64,000 nt of DNA from an uncultured Mollicutes bacterium. GTDB taxonomy: Bacteria; Bacillota_I; Bacilli_A; RFN20; CAG-826. The stretch is taken from positions 66,748 to 130,747 of the forward strand of contig CAMESG010000001.1 in the NCBI GenBank assembly GCA_945936135.1, in the 5' to 3' direction. Positions 1 through 9,628 of this stretch are shown here, in pieces. Numbering within the stretch: position 1 is the first letter of the stretch; each line of letters starts with the position of its first letter. The notes below the pieces were generated by a model that worked only from the letters and a program-made list of their open reading frames with translations, had not been told where the DNA came from and did not search any database. The position numbers and the translations under genes are program-made.

Positions 1-1281
1 AGCGCCCGCCGGGAGATCAATAACGCGTCCTAAGGGCGTAAAGACATAGACATTCGCTTCGAAGATGTCGCTATTGAGGTTGCTTAAATATTCCTTGGCC
101 GAAGCCGTCGCGTTTTCGTCGCTCAACGAAACAAAGTCGCGGAACCAGGCCAAGTTGTTTTCAATGTCTTGCTGTTCAGCCGCTTGGTTATAGGAACCTT
201 CCTTGTATTTCCAATGGGCCGCGACGCCGGTCTCGGCGATCTGATCCATCTCCTCGGTGCGGATTTGGATTTCGAAAGCATTGCCGTCCCCCGAAAGAAT
301 CGAAGTGTGAAGCGATTGATACATGTTGGGCTTCGGCATCGCGATGTAATCCTTGAATCGCCCAGGGATCGGCTTGTAGGTCGAATGGACGATACCGAGG
401 ATCTCGTAGCAGTTCAAAACGGATTCGGTGATCACGCGGATTGCAAGAATATCGTAAATGTCATCGAAGTTCTTATCCTTCTTGTACATTTTGCGGTATA
501 TCGAATAGATCGACTTCACGCGGCTTTCCATGCGGAAGGGGATCCCTTGCTCGTAGAGGATGTCCGCGAGGCGTTTCTTCAAGTTTTCTAACGCCTGCTT
601 CTTGCGCGAAAAGCGTTCGTTCGTGAGATCGACGATGTGCTTGTACTTCTCAGGTTCGAGGTATTTTAGGCTCAAATCCTCAAGCTCGCTTTGGACGGTA
701 TAGATACCCAAACGGTGGGCGATGGGCGTGAAGACTTCGATCGTTTCCTTCGCCAAGGCCTGTTGACGTTCCGGCGAGAGGGAATCAAGCGTGCGCATGT
801 TATGAAGGCGATCCGCGAGCTTGACGATGATGACGCGGACGTCTTGTGCCATCCCAAGGAAGATCTTTCGATGGTCTTCGGCCTCGAAATCCTCCGCGGT
901 CATGTGGGAAAGCTTCATGCGTTGGATCTTCGTCAAGGCGTCGACGATCTTCGCGATTTCCTTGCCAAAGCGTTTCTCAATGTCCTCGATCGTGACATCG
1001 GTATCTTCGACGACGTCATGGAGCAAGGCCGCGGCAAGGGTCGCCGGACCCGCTTGAAGCTCGGCACAGATATAGGCGACTTCAATCGGGTGCTGGATAT
1101 AGGGCTCCCCGGATTTGCGGTACTGATTGCCGTGCTTAAGCTTGGCCAAAGCATAGGCGTCGAAGACTTTCGCGCGGTCTTCTTCGTTTTTGATGTAGGC
1201 AAAGTAGAGGTCTTTTAGATCCTCGATCGTGTGCATTGGGTAGCCGCCGTTGGGGACTAAGGCTTTGGACGTGTTTTCCAT
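1..1281 (-). CDS. relA: RelA/SpoT-family (p)ppGpp synthetase/hydrolase, N-terminal ~427 codons; the gene continues past the window start
   Basis: Minus-strand reading frame from ATG at 1281 runs open to position 1, so it is missing from the ORF track. Hand translation gives MENTSKALVPNGGYPMHTIEDL..., the HD-domain motif HDVVEDT and a synthetase region (YDILAIRVI, GRFKDYIAMPK, YQSLHT). It lies 27 bp downstream of recJ, matching the Bacillus recJ-relA order. Plus-strand ORFs 169-591 and 691-1218 are antisense to it. Confidence 0.85.
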   Translation of the reverse strand, partial: MENTSKALVPNGGYPMHTIEDLKDLYFAYIKNEEDRAKVFDAYALAKLKHGNQYRKSGEPYIQHPIEVAYICAELQAGPATLAAALLHDVVEDTDVTIEDIEKRFGKEIAKIVDALTKIQRMKLSHMTAEDFEAEDHRKIFLGMAQDVRVIIVKLADRLHNMRTLDSLSPERQQALAKETIEVFTPIAHRLGIYTVQSELEDLSLKYLEPEKYKHIVDLTNERFSRKKQALENLKKRLADILYEQGIPFRMESRVKSIYSIYRKMYKKDKNFDDIYDILAIRVITESVLNCYEILGIVHSTYKPIPGRFKDYIAMPKPNMYQSLHTSILSGDGNAFEIQIRTEEMDQIAETGVAAHWKYKEGSYNQAAEQQDIENNLAWFRDFVSLSDENATASAKEYLSNLNSDIFEANVYVFTPLGRVIDLPAGA

Positions 1282-1308
1282 TCTGTTTTTTACCTTACCA
1301 CAGATATC

Positions 1309-2877
1309 TTACTCTTCAATTGGGTCTTCCTTTAAGGATTCGATTTGGAAAACGATGCTCCGCTTGCCTTTGTATTCGTCAAATCCGAGCTTCCCTTGCA
1401 AGGAAACGGTCCTGGTATCCGGGGCGAGTTTTTCTTTCGGCATATGGAAACCGACGAGTTTGTTCCCATTTTCCAAGTAGGTCAAAATGTGCTGATTGTC
1501 ACGGGAATAACGAAGCTGGTCCACTGGATAATGGGAGAGAAGGAACTCGGGGACGGGGTTCTTTAAGCCATAAGGGCCTAAGGCGCGAACCGCCTTGAAG
1601 GATTCAAAGTCGATCTCGTCAGGAGAGATTTCCATCGCCTTCTTCTTTTCTTCTTCCATCGGATGAGCAAGGGCAAAGTCTTCTAACGCGTCCTTGAATT
1701 CGTTGATCCTTTCCTTCTTCAAGGTGAAGCCTCCCGCGAGTTCGTGCCCTCCTGCCTTTTCCAATAGGTCGGAAATGGACTTATAAAAATCGATGACCGA
1801 GAAGCCTTTAAGAGAACGCATGGAGCCGACGAAAGAATCTTTGGCTTCCTCGGACTCGCTATAGACCGCGACAGGCTTATGGTAGGCAAAAAGTAGGCGG
1901 TTCGCCAAAAGGCCGTTCACCCCTTCGGGCAAAGAGGTTTCAAGGGCAATCGCCCATTTCGAGGGGTTGATGTCCGTGCCTAGCTCTGCCCCTTTGGTCA
2001 ATTCCTTCCGTTTCGCATTGATTTCCTTTAAGACCTTCGAGATCACCTGAATATCCTTCTGAAAGGCAAAATACGGCAAAACCAAGGGTCCAAAGGGTTC
2101 TTTTTCGATGCGCCCGACCGCGTTGATGCAGGGGATGATCTCTAACCCCAGGGTCGTTTCATCGATCCTGGAACTCGGATTCATCAAGGAAAGCAAGGAA
2201 GGAAAACGATACTTACGGATAAAGCGAAGCGACAAGGCCACAAGCTTCTGGTTGTAGGAAAGCATGTCCATGCAGTCGGAGATGATGCTTAGGGCCCCTA
2301 GGGTCGCAAAATAGGGATCATCACGCCCTAAAAGGTAACGCGAGAAATAGAAAGCCAAGGCGCCCGCGCTGATCGAAGGTTCCTTTAGCTCAAGGATGAA
2401 AGGATGGAGAAAAGCATCCATCGGAGGCAGTTTCTCTCCGAATTCGTGGTGATCCAAGACAAAGGTCAAAACCCCATGTTCATGGAGATATTCCAAACCT
2501 TCAAAGGCATTGACCCCGTTATCCACGGTGCAGACGAGTTGATATCCCTCTTCCACGGCCTTTTTGGCTTTTTCCAAGGTTAGGCCATAACCATCCTTGT
2601 AACGAGAAGGAATATAGCCTTCCACGTTTAGACCAAATTCCTTCAAGGCTGCTAAAAGGATGGACGTCGCCATGATGCCATCGCAATCGTAATCCCCGTA
2701 GATCAAGGTTTTACAACCTTCCTTCTTGGCTTTTTCGAAAAGCAATTTCGCTTCAAAGGCGCTTTGGAAGGCGTCGAGGGAAGGCAAATCCGAAAAAGAG
2801 GGTTCGCGCGTGCGCCACGCGAACTCCTCTTCGGAAAGCCCTAAGAATTGGTTGAGACGAGCTTTGAAATCATCCAT
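1309..2877 (-). CDS. recJ: single-stranded-DNA-specific exonuclease RecJ (DHH/DHHA1)
   Basis: 522 aa ORF with DHH-family motifs (IYGDYDCDGI, TVDNG, LDHHEF) and a typical RecJ C-terminal region. Confidence 0.85.
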   Translation of the reverse strand: MDDFKARLNQFLGLSEEEFAWRTREPSFSDLPSLDAFQSAFEAKLLFEKAKKEGCKTLIYGDYDCDGIMATSILLAALKEFGLNVEGYIPSRYKDGYGLTLEKAKKAVEEGYQLVCTVDNGVNAFEGLEYLHEHGVLTFVLDHHEFGEKLPPMDAFLHPFILELKEPSISAGALAFYFSRYLLGRDDPYFATLGALSIISDCMDMLSYNQKLVALSLRFIRKYRFPSLLSLMNPSSRIDETTLGLEIIPCINAVGRIEKEPFGPLVLPYFAFQKDIQVISKVLKEINAKRKELTKGAELGTDINPSKWAIALETSLPEGVNGLLANRLLFAYHKPVAVYSESEEAKDSFVGSMRSLKGFSVIDFYKSISDLLEKAGGHELAGGFTLKKERINEFKDALEDFALAHPMEEEKKKAMEISPDEIDFESFKAVRALGPYGLKNPVPEFLLSHYPVDQLRYSRDNQHILTYLENGNKLVGFHMPKEKLAPDTRTVSLQGKLGFDEYKGKRSIVFQIESLKEDPIEE

Positions 2878-2881
2878 GGTT

Positions 2882-5731
2882 TTAATCGTTGATGCCGATG
2901 AAGATCGCTTCTTCGGGTTCGCCCGAACGCTTCTTCTTCATCAAATTGCCGGTTTGCGTTTTTTTCTTGCTCTTGCGCGGCTTGATCTTGATGTGCGAGA
3001 ACCACTTGGCGAAGAGATCGCTCAAAGGCGAAAGGAGCACGAGGATCAAGACGGCAGAGAAGACGACGGCAAGGATCGCAAGCAAGTTGGCAAAGCCATA
3101 GGACAAAGGCCCAAAGCAGAGGGCAAACAAGGGGATATAGAGCGCGATAACGCCGAAGACCTCAACGTTTTCGGCCTCATAGGAAGTTGCTTTCTTCAAC
3201 TGCTCGGAACGTTTGGCAAGGCTATTGCGGTCGTTTTCGTGATCTTCCTTGCGGAGCTCTTTTTCGCGGTTGAGCAAGAAGAGCGAAACGAGCAAGGCAG
3301 AGATGACGCCAAGGATCAAGCCCAAGGTTACCGTCGGGTTCACCGCGATGCGGGTGTAAACGAAGAAGCTAAGGGCCATGAAGGAAGTAGCCAAGGTAAG
3401 GATGCTGATCGCAAGGCCACGGCTGAGGCGATAGCGGAAGGCCAAATAGACGAAGCTGACGGCAAGGGCGATGCCAATGCCAAGGCAGACATCCCCGACA
3501 TAGGGGGCCTGTTCGCCGGTCGCGACGGGGGCAAAGGCCACGGAGACGTTCATGACGTCATTGAGGTCGCTGCCACCGAGTTCCGCGATCGTTTCGCTCA
3601 AGTCGATCAAGCTCGTGCCGGCGAAATCGACATAGGTGTTTTCAACCTCGCTCCACTCCTTGATCGTGTATTCCTCGTTGAGATCAAAGGAGGCGGAGAG
3701 TTCGGCTTCGTAATAGAAATAATAGTAATTGGTGCCTTCGCTGCCGGCTTCCGGGGTTTCGTAGACCGTCTTCGGGGTTTCGGAAAGCGCGAAGTTCACC
3801 ACGTAATCGGCAAGAGGTTTGCCGTCGATCGAATATTGGTGGAAGAGATCGGCGTGATCTTCGCCTTCTGGGTCGTAGAGATCCGCGATCGAAGAGAAAC
3901 CATCGACCGTGATGCGGTCTTCTTCGGAAGATTTCACTTCCATGCGAAGGACGGTGTGCGCGGTGTCATCGCCGAAATTGTAGATGTTGCCGCCGTTAGC
4001 AACCCCAAAACCGATGGTCGACCCGATGCCGACAAGAACCAACAAGGAAGCGACGATACGAGCGTATTTCTTGCTTTTGGTGAAATCTTTTTCTTGATAG
4101 GGGCCGAAATAGCTTTGCTTTTCTTGCTCCATCAAGTTCGGGATCTTGTCCTTTTTGATGCGGAGGAAGCCCGCGAATTTCTCGTTGATGGTGTTATCGT
4201 TGCAAAGGATCCAGCCAAAGAGGCGGGTGAGGATCAAGGAAGAGAAGATGCTGTAGAAGCCGCCAATGGCAAGCATGACGCCGCCAGCGCGGAGGACGGA
4301 TCCGCCGAGCAAATAGAGGCAAACGCCGAGGACGATCGCGAGGATGCCGGCGTCAATGCTAGGCAAAACGCTCATCTTGCTCGCTTCTTGTTCCGCTTTC
4401 TTCAAGGTGCGGCCCTTGTAGACTTCGTTGCGGAACCTAGACGTGAAGAAAAGGCTTTGGAACAAAGACACCAAGGCCACCGCGCCCAAGGCGAGGAGAG
4501 CCGAGATGTTGAATTGGGTGCCAAAGGCAATGAAGGTCGCAAGGGTTCCAACCGTCGTGACGCCCATGACCGCCATGTGGCTAAAGGTGAAGAAGCGTTC
4601 AAAGAAAGCGAGGAAAAGCGCGGTAAAGACGACGATCGCCAAGACGGTGACCATCGTTCTGCCCATCGAGGGAGAGGCGAAGAAGTCGCCAAGGTGGACC
4701 AAGCGATCCACACTCGCCATCTTATCTTCGCTATAGGTGAAATGGACGCGGTAAACCGAATCTTCGGACCCGGAAAGGTCGCTTCGATATTCATAGGCCG
4801 AGGCGTTGAATTTGTTCATCAAAAAGTTCGCGGCATCGGTCGCTTCTTGGGCGTAATTCGGATCGTAGGTGCCGGATTCCGTGGCTTTGGAGCTCGGGAT
4901 CAATTGAAGGAAGGGATGCTCTTTGTCCGAGTCGCCGGATTCGTAGTAAACGGCTTGGTCGTTGCCCGTCGCGGTTTCGAAGAAAATGTGGCTTGCGACG
5001 TTCGCATCGGAACGATCTTCGTAGCGATCGCTTTCCAGACGGTTCGCCCAGATCACGAGATTGCAGGATTTGCCTTCGGTCGTGACGTTGCCGTCTTGGT
5101 CCTTCTCCTCGGCAACCGTATTGTTGTTGCAATAGGTGATAAGATCCGTGAAAGCGGTCTTGTGTTCATCGTCGATCGGGATCAAAACGACGGGGACTTG
5201 ATATCCGCCTTGGTCCAAAAGGTGGAAGCGCGCGGTTTTGCCATCGAGCATCGTGTCCCAAAGATCGTTATGGTTGTAACGTCCGTCTTCTTCTTCATCG
5301 CCCGCGGATCCGCCGCCGGTGGTGTTGGAGGCGTCGACTTCATAATGTCCGCCGCTAAAGGAAAGATAGGATTCTAAATAGGCGTATTCGAGGTCTTTGT
5401 TGTTTGAAGAACGCAACGAAACCGCGATCGTGTCGTAACCTTGGGTTTCGACTTCGTAATCGGAAACGCCCCAGGTATCGAGACGTTCGCGCATCGTGTC
5501 GGCGATTTTGGAAACGATGTAGGTATCGCCGTCCTTGTCTTCTTCGGTAAGGAAGTTTTCGTAGTTCCCAACCAAGGAAGCGGCATCGTAGTTGCTGGCT
5601 TTGAAATAAAGGGTTTTGCCTTCCGCGTAGGCTAGGTCGGCGTCCATTTGGAGCACGAGTGGGGAAACGCAGGCGGCGGCGCCAAGCGTTAAGGTGGAAG
5701 TTAGGGCAAGATAGGCGATCAATCGACGCAT
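2882..5731 (-). CDS. secDF: fused protein-export membrane protein SecDF, expanded (~949 aa)
   Basis: Two clusters of six TM helices, each preceded by a large extracytoplasmic domain. The TM regions resemble the SecD/SecF cores (NISALLALGAVALVSLFQSLFFTSRFRNE; LAIGGFYSIFSSLILTRLFG). It sits between ruvB and recJ, as secDF does in Bacillus. The start is placed at MRRLIAYLAL (5731) because GGAGGAG lies 9 nt upstream; the track ORF extends to 5773. Confidence 0.6.
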   Translation of the reverse strand: MRRLIAYLALTSTLTLGAAACVSPLVLQMDADLAYAEGKTLYFKASNYDAASLVGNYENFLTEEDKDGDTYIVSKIADTMRERLDTWGVSDYEVETQGYDTIAVSLRSSNNKDLEYAYLESYLSFSGGHYEVDASNTTGGGSAGDEEEDGRYNHNDLWDTMLDGKTARFHLLDQGGYQVPVVLIPIDDEHKTAFTDLITYCNNNTVAEEKDQDGNVTTEGKSCNLVIWANRLESDRYEDRSDANVASHIFFETATGNDQAVYYESGDSDKEHPFLQLIPSSKATESGTYDPNYAQEATDAANFLMNKFNASAYEYRSDLSGSEDSVYRVHFTYSEDKMASVDRLVHLGDFFASPSMGRTMVTVLAIVVFTALFLAFFERFFTFSHMAVMGVTTVGTLATFIAFGTQFNISALLALGAVALVSLFQSLFFTSRFRNEVYKGRTLKKAEQEASKMSVLPSIDAGILAIVLGVCLYLLGGSVLRAGGVMLAIGGFYSIFSSLILTRLFGWILCNDNTINEKFAGFLRIKKDKIPNLMEQEKQSYFGPYQEKDFTKSKKYARIVASLLVLVGIGSTIGFGVANGGNIYNFGDDTAHTVLRMEVKSSEEDRITVDGFSSIADLYDPEGEDHADLFHQYSIDGKPLADYVVNFALSETPKTVYETPEAGSEGTNYYYFYYEAELSASFDLNEEYTIKEWSEVENTYVDFAGTSLIDLSETIAELGGSDLNDVMNVSVAFAPVATGEQAPYVGDVCLGIGIALAVSFVYLAFRYRLSRGLAISILTLATSFMALSFFVYTRIAVNPTVTLGLILGVISALLVSLFLLNREKELRKEDHENDRNSLAKRSEQLKKATSYEAENVEVFGVIALYIPLFALCFGPLSYGFANLLAILAVVFSAVLILVLLSPLSDLFAKWFSHIKIKPRKSKKKTQTGNLMKKKRSGEPEEAIFIGIND

Positions 5732-5857
5732 AGATGAGGACTCCTCCAATCGGTGGAATGTGGTATTAGGCAAAGAAAAAACTGTTTCGCTTCGCCGTCA
5801 GGCAATAGGATACGCTGATAGAGGGAAAGAAACAACTTAAGAATTTCGGATTCTTCT

Positions 5858-6862
5858 TTAGAAGAGTCGATTCTGATGGGCCTTCTTGAGATGGGCGTAG
5901 GCCTTCTCGGTCGCTAGACGCCCCCTTGGGGTGCGATCGATGAGGCCAGACATTACAAGATAGGGTTCGCAAACGTCTTCAAGATTCGGGATCTCTTCGC
6001 CGATCGCCGAGGCAATGGCTTCTAGGCCAACGGGACCCCCATGGAAGCGTTCGATGACGACGTCTAGGTACTTCAAATCGACTTCATCCAAACCCAAAGC
6101 ATCGATTTTCAAGGCATCGAGGGAGGAAAGCGCCCTCGAAAGGCTGATTTCTTTTTCGCCCACGACTTCGGCGAAGTCCCGAACGCGCTTATAAAGGCGA
6201 TTCGCGATACGCGGGGTGCCGCGGCTTCGACTTGCAAGCAAAGCGGAGGCTTCTTCGACGATCGGCATCCCCAAGACACGCGAGGTCCGGTTTACGATCT
6301 GCCCGAGTTCGGATTCGGAATAGAAATCCATCTTGATCGAGATGCCAAAACGGGCGCGAAGAGGGCTTGATAGATCCCCGCTTCTCGTGGTCGCGCCGAC
6401 CAAGGTGAAAGGAGGCAAGGGCAAGGAAATGGCCCTCGCGTCCGCTCCTTGGTTCACCAAAATCGAAAGGGTGAAGTCTTCCATTGCCCCGTAAAGGACT
6501 TCCTCGACTTGACGGGGCAGGCGATGGATTTCATCGATAAAGAGGACGTCCCCGGCTTCAAGCTCGCTTAAAATCGCCGCAAGATCCCCGGTTTTTTCAA
6601 TGCTTGGGCCGTTAACGACCTTGATTTTGCCGCCGAGTTCATTCGCGATAACGTGGGCCAAGGTCGTTTTGCCAAGACCAGGCGGCCCGTAAAGTAAGAC
6701 GTGGTCCAAGGGTTCTTCACGAGAAAGCGCGGCCTTGATGAAGACGCGGAGGTTCTCCTTCATCTTCTCCTGGCCGATATATTCATCCAAATGCTTCGGG
6801 CGAAGGGTTGGCTCGCTAGAAACGTCTTCGCCGATCTTCTTGGCGTCCAATAGATCAGACAT
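5858..6862 (-). CDS. ruvB: Holliday junction branch migration ATPase RuvB
   Basis: 334 aa; Walker [12 protein letters not shown] and the conserved RuvB N-terminus [17 protein letters not shown]. Confidence 0.9.
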   Translation of the reverse strand: MSDLLDAKKIGEDVSSEPTLRPKHLDEYIGQEKMKENLRVFIKAALSREEPLDHVLLYGPPGLGKTTLAHVIANELGGKIKVVNGPSIEKTGDLAAILSELEAGDVLFIDEIHRLPRQVEEVLYGAMEDFTLSILVNQGADARAISLPLPPFTLVGATTRSGDLSSPLRARFGISIKMDFYSESELGQIVNRTSRVLGMPIVEEASALLASRSRGTPRIANRLYKRVRDFAEVVGEKEISLSRALSSLDALKIDALGLDEVDLKYLDVVIERFHGGPVGLEAIASAIGEEIPNLEDVCEPYLVMSGLIDRTPRGRLATEKAYAHLKKAHQNRLF

Positions 6863-7433
6863 GTTCCTTCACCTTTCCTTTGGCTAAGCCCCGCAAAGCG
6901 AAACGCAAGGCCTCTTCTTCGCTCAACCCATCGTCCAAACCCGCTAAGACGGGGTCGATCTCTTTGACTTTGAAGCCCATGGAACGGAGCGCCTCGCGAA
7001 TCGAAACGTAACGTTCGCTCTTCTTGACTTTCGCCGGGGCTTCGACGACCTTCCCGCGAAGATCGAGCAAAATCTGCCCCGCGGCTTTCGGGCCAATCGC
7101 CGGCAGGCGTTTCAAATACCCCAAATCGTTTTTGATAATCGCTTCTCGTAATTCAGCGGGCGTCGTCTTGCTTAAGGCAGCTAAAGCAGTCTTCGCCCCG
7201 ATCCCTTTAACCGAGATCAAGTCCAAGAAAGCCTGTTTCTCTTCTTTGGTTTTGAACCCGACGAGATAATGATCGTCTTGGGTCAGGATGTCGCAGACAA
7301 AAACCTTTGCTTTCTCCCCGAGAACGAAATCCTCGGGATGCGAAACAAAGACCTCGTAGCCGATTGGGCCAAGGTCGATGGTCAAGGAGCTTTCGTTGAG
7401 TTCCACGATGTTTCCGTTAAGCAAAGCAATCAT
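6855..7433 (-). CDS. ruvA: Holliday junction DNA helicase subunit RuvA
   Basis: RuvA-like N-terminus [28 protein letters not shown] and C-terminal domain; overlaps the ruvB start. The track ORF extends to 7508 through a likely alternative start. Confidence 0.75.
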   Translation of the reverse strand: MIALLNGNIVELNESSLTIDLGPIGYEVFVSHPEDFVLGEKAKVFVCDILTQDDHYLVGFKTKEEKQAFLDLISVKGIGAKTALAALSKTTPAELREAIIKNDLGYLKRLPAIGPKAAGQILLDLRGKVVEAPAKVKKSERYVSIREALRSMGFKVKEIDPVLAGLDDGLSEEEALRFALRGLAKGKVKEHV

Positions 7434-7552
7434 AAGCGTTTCAAGAATAAACCCAAAGGAAGATGAGGACAACGGCGAGCAAAAGGAAACAACTGACCGT
7501 CCCAACAATCAGGCCTTTTGGGACGATCCTTTTTCCGTTCTCCTTCTTTTCC

Positions 7553-8839
7553 TCATTCATAGTATTCGAATTCGAACTCCCCGATCTTGACGGTATCGCC
7601 CTGGACGGCGCCTTTTTCCTTCAAGGCATCGTCGATGCCCATGCGATCTAAGACGCGCAAGAGCTTCGCGACACCAGCGTCCGTCGAAAGATTGATGAGG
7701 GAATAGGCGCGCAGCGCTTCTTCCCCGTTGATCTCGAAGACGTGATCGGAAGGATGGGTGACCCCAAGCGGATCTGCCCCTCCGTCTTTCCGAGCGTCAT
7801 AGACCTTCATTCCGCCCGTCTCTTCTTCGTTTTCAATGTAAGGCTTCATCTCCGGGGTCTTGGTGATCAGTTCATAGACCTTCTTCATCAAGTAGGAGAC
7901 GTTTTCATCCGTAAGCGCCGAGATTCCAATGGATTCAAAGCCGAGTTTCTTATCGAATTCGGCTTTGCGCTCTTCGGCCCCTTCTTCGTCCATCTTCGTC
8001 GCGACGACGATCTCGGGACGATCTTCCAAGTGGGCGCCATAAAGTTTCAACTCTTCATTGATCGCTAGATAATCCGCATAAGGATCGCGTTCCCCCGACA
8101 TCGAGACCATATGGACCAAGACGCGGCAACGCTCGATGTGGCGAAGGAATTGAATGCCTAAACCCTTGCCAGAGGACGCCCCTTCGATGAGCCCCGGCAT
8201 ATCCGCCAAAACAAATTGGTGATACCCATCTTCCAGGGTAACGACGCCTAAATTCGGGACAAGGGTCGTGAAGGGATAATCCGCGGTCGGGACATTCGAA
8301 CGACTCACGATATTCAAAAGGGTGCTCTTACCAACGCTTGGGAAGCCAATCAAGCCCGCATCCGCGAGCAATTTAAGTTCAAGGACAAGGCGTTTTCTCT
8401 CGCCAGGGCGCCCGTTTTCCGCGATCTTTGGAATGCGAAGGCGGGAATTCTTGAAGCAGGCGTTGCCTCTTCCTCCGCGTCCGCCTTTGGCGACGCAAAC
8501 GATGTCGCCTTCGTTTTTCAAATCGGCCAAAAGGGCCATGCCGTCTTCTTCGTAGACAAGTGTGCCGCAGGGGACCTCGCCATAGACGTCATTGGCGTTG
8601 CGGCCATAGCGCATCCGCTTATCGCCTTTTTCGCCATCTTCGGCCTGCAAAACGCGGCTATGGCGATAGGCCAAAAGGGTGTTGACGTTGCGCCTCGCGA
8701 TCAAGTAGACCGAGCCGCCTCTCCCGCCGTTACCGCCATCGGGTCCGCCCTTTGGGACGTTCTTCTCACGGTAAAAGGAGATGGCGCCGTTGCCACCGTT
8801 GCCGGAACGAACTTCCAATATCGCGCGATCGATCAGCAT
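7553..8839 (-). CDS. obg: GTPase ObgE/CgtA
   Basis: Glycine-rich Obg fold (GGNGGNGAISF, GGPDGGNGGRGGSVY), G domain GFPSVGKSTLL, C-terminal TGS-like domain. Confidence 0.9.
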   Translation of the reverse strand: MLIDRAILEVRSGNGGNGAISFYREKNVPKGGPDGGNGGRGGSVYLIARRNVNTLLAYRHSRVLQAEDGEKGDKRMRYGRNANDVYGEVPCGTLVYEEDGMALLADLKNEGDIVCVAKGGRGGRGNACFKNSRLRIPKIAENGRPGERKRLVLELKLLADAGLIGFPSVGKSTLLNIVSRSNVPTADYPFTTLVPNLGVVTLEDGYHQFVLADMPGLIEGASSGKGLGIQFLRHIERCRVLVHMVSMSGERDPYADYLAINEELKLYGAHLEDRPEIVVATKMDEEGAEERKAEFDKKLGFESIGISALTDENVSYLMKKVYELITKTPEMKPYIENEEETGGMKVYDARKDGGADPLGVTHPSDHVFEINGEEALRAYSLINLSTDAGVAKLLRVLDRMGIDDALKEKGAVQGDTVKIGEFEFEYYE

Positions 8840-9591
8840 GCTTCTTCTCCTTTCGCCAAAGCCCTTTCTTCGGAGGTTAACAAATAGTTCTTCTTGTTTT
8901 TCTTGATCCTTCTAAGATCCTTGTAAAAGTCTTTGTATACCTTCATCGACTTACGGATCGTAGAATCTGGGTCATCCGTCCAAACGCAAGGTACTTCCGC
9001 GATGGAAAAGCCATTTCTGCGCAGGAAATAAAGGTATTCGACATCGAAAGCAAAGCCATCGACGATCTGTTTCTCGGCAATGAAACGTGCAACGCTCGTC
9101 TTAAAAGCCTTGTATCCACATTGGGTATCTTTGATTTTAAGATGGAACATCATCGCGATGATCACCCTCGATCCAAAGTGGGTCGCGCGGCGCATGAAGG
9201 GTTGCTTCAAGCCATAGACGGAACCCTTGACGTCGCGGCTAGCGATGATCGCATCGTCTTTCCCCATCCGTGGGGCGACTTCTTTTTCGTAGACGTCGAG
9301 CCCGGTCGAAAGGTCCGCGTCCATGAAGAGGACGTATTCGCCTTTCGCCGCCAAGATCCCTTGTCGGACGCCATTTCCCTTGCCTGGAGTCGCGTTTTCT
9401 AGCACCCGGACTTGGCTTGGAAAAGAAGCATTCGAAAGCAAGGCCATCTCTTCTTCAGAACAGCCGTTTGGGCAGATCACGACCTCATACTCGATGCCTT
9501 GTTGATCAAAATAGGGCACGACCTCATCGAAGATGTGGCGGATCATCTTTTCGCCTTGATTCTTTTCAGGAAATAAAATCGATAGTTTCAT
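8833..9591 (-). CDS. GT2-family glycosyltransferase (polyprenyl-phosphate sugar transferase-like)
   Basis: 252 aa; the N-terminal VVICPNGCSEEE region with FMDADLS (DXD) is typical of dolichyl-phosphate mannose/glucose synthase-like GT2 enzymes. Confidence 0.65.
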   Translation of the reverse strand: MKLSILFPEKNQGEKMIRHIFDEVVPYFDQQGIEYEVVICPNGCSEEEMALLSNASFPSQVRVLENATPGKGNGVRQGILAAKGEYVLFMDADLSTGLDVYEKEVAPRMGKDDAIIASRDVKGSVYGLKQPFMRRATHFGSRVIIAMMFHLKIKDTQCGYKAFKTSVARFIAEKQIVDGFAFDVEYLYFLRRNGFSIAEVPCVWTDDPDSTIRKSMKVYKDFYKDLRRIKKNKKNYLLTSEERALAKGEEAC

Positions 9592-9628
9592 CTTGTTTGA
9601 TTATAAACGCGTTAAAGAATTGGACAAG

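Noticed and set aside
169-1218. Plus-strand ORFs 169-591 (140 aa) and 691-1218 (175 aa)
   Set aside because: They lie antisense to the well-supported relA reading frame; products are low-complexity and R/G/D-rich, typical of GC-rich antisense frames.
2726-5377. 883 aa plus-strand ORF
   Set aside because: Antisense to secDF; the product is a low-complexity RG/DG/EE-rich polypeptide without domains. The minus-strand frame gives a coherent 12-TM protein with an RBS.
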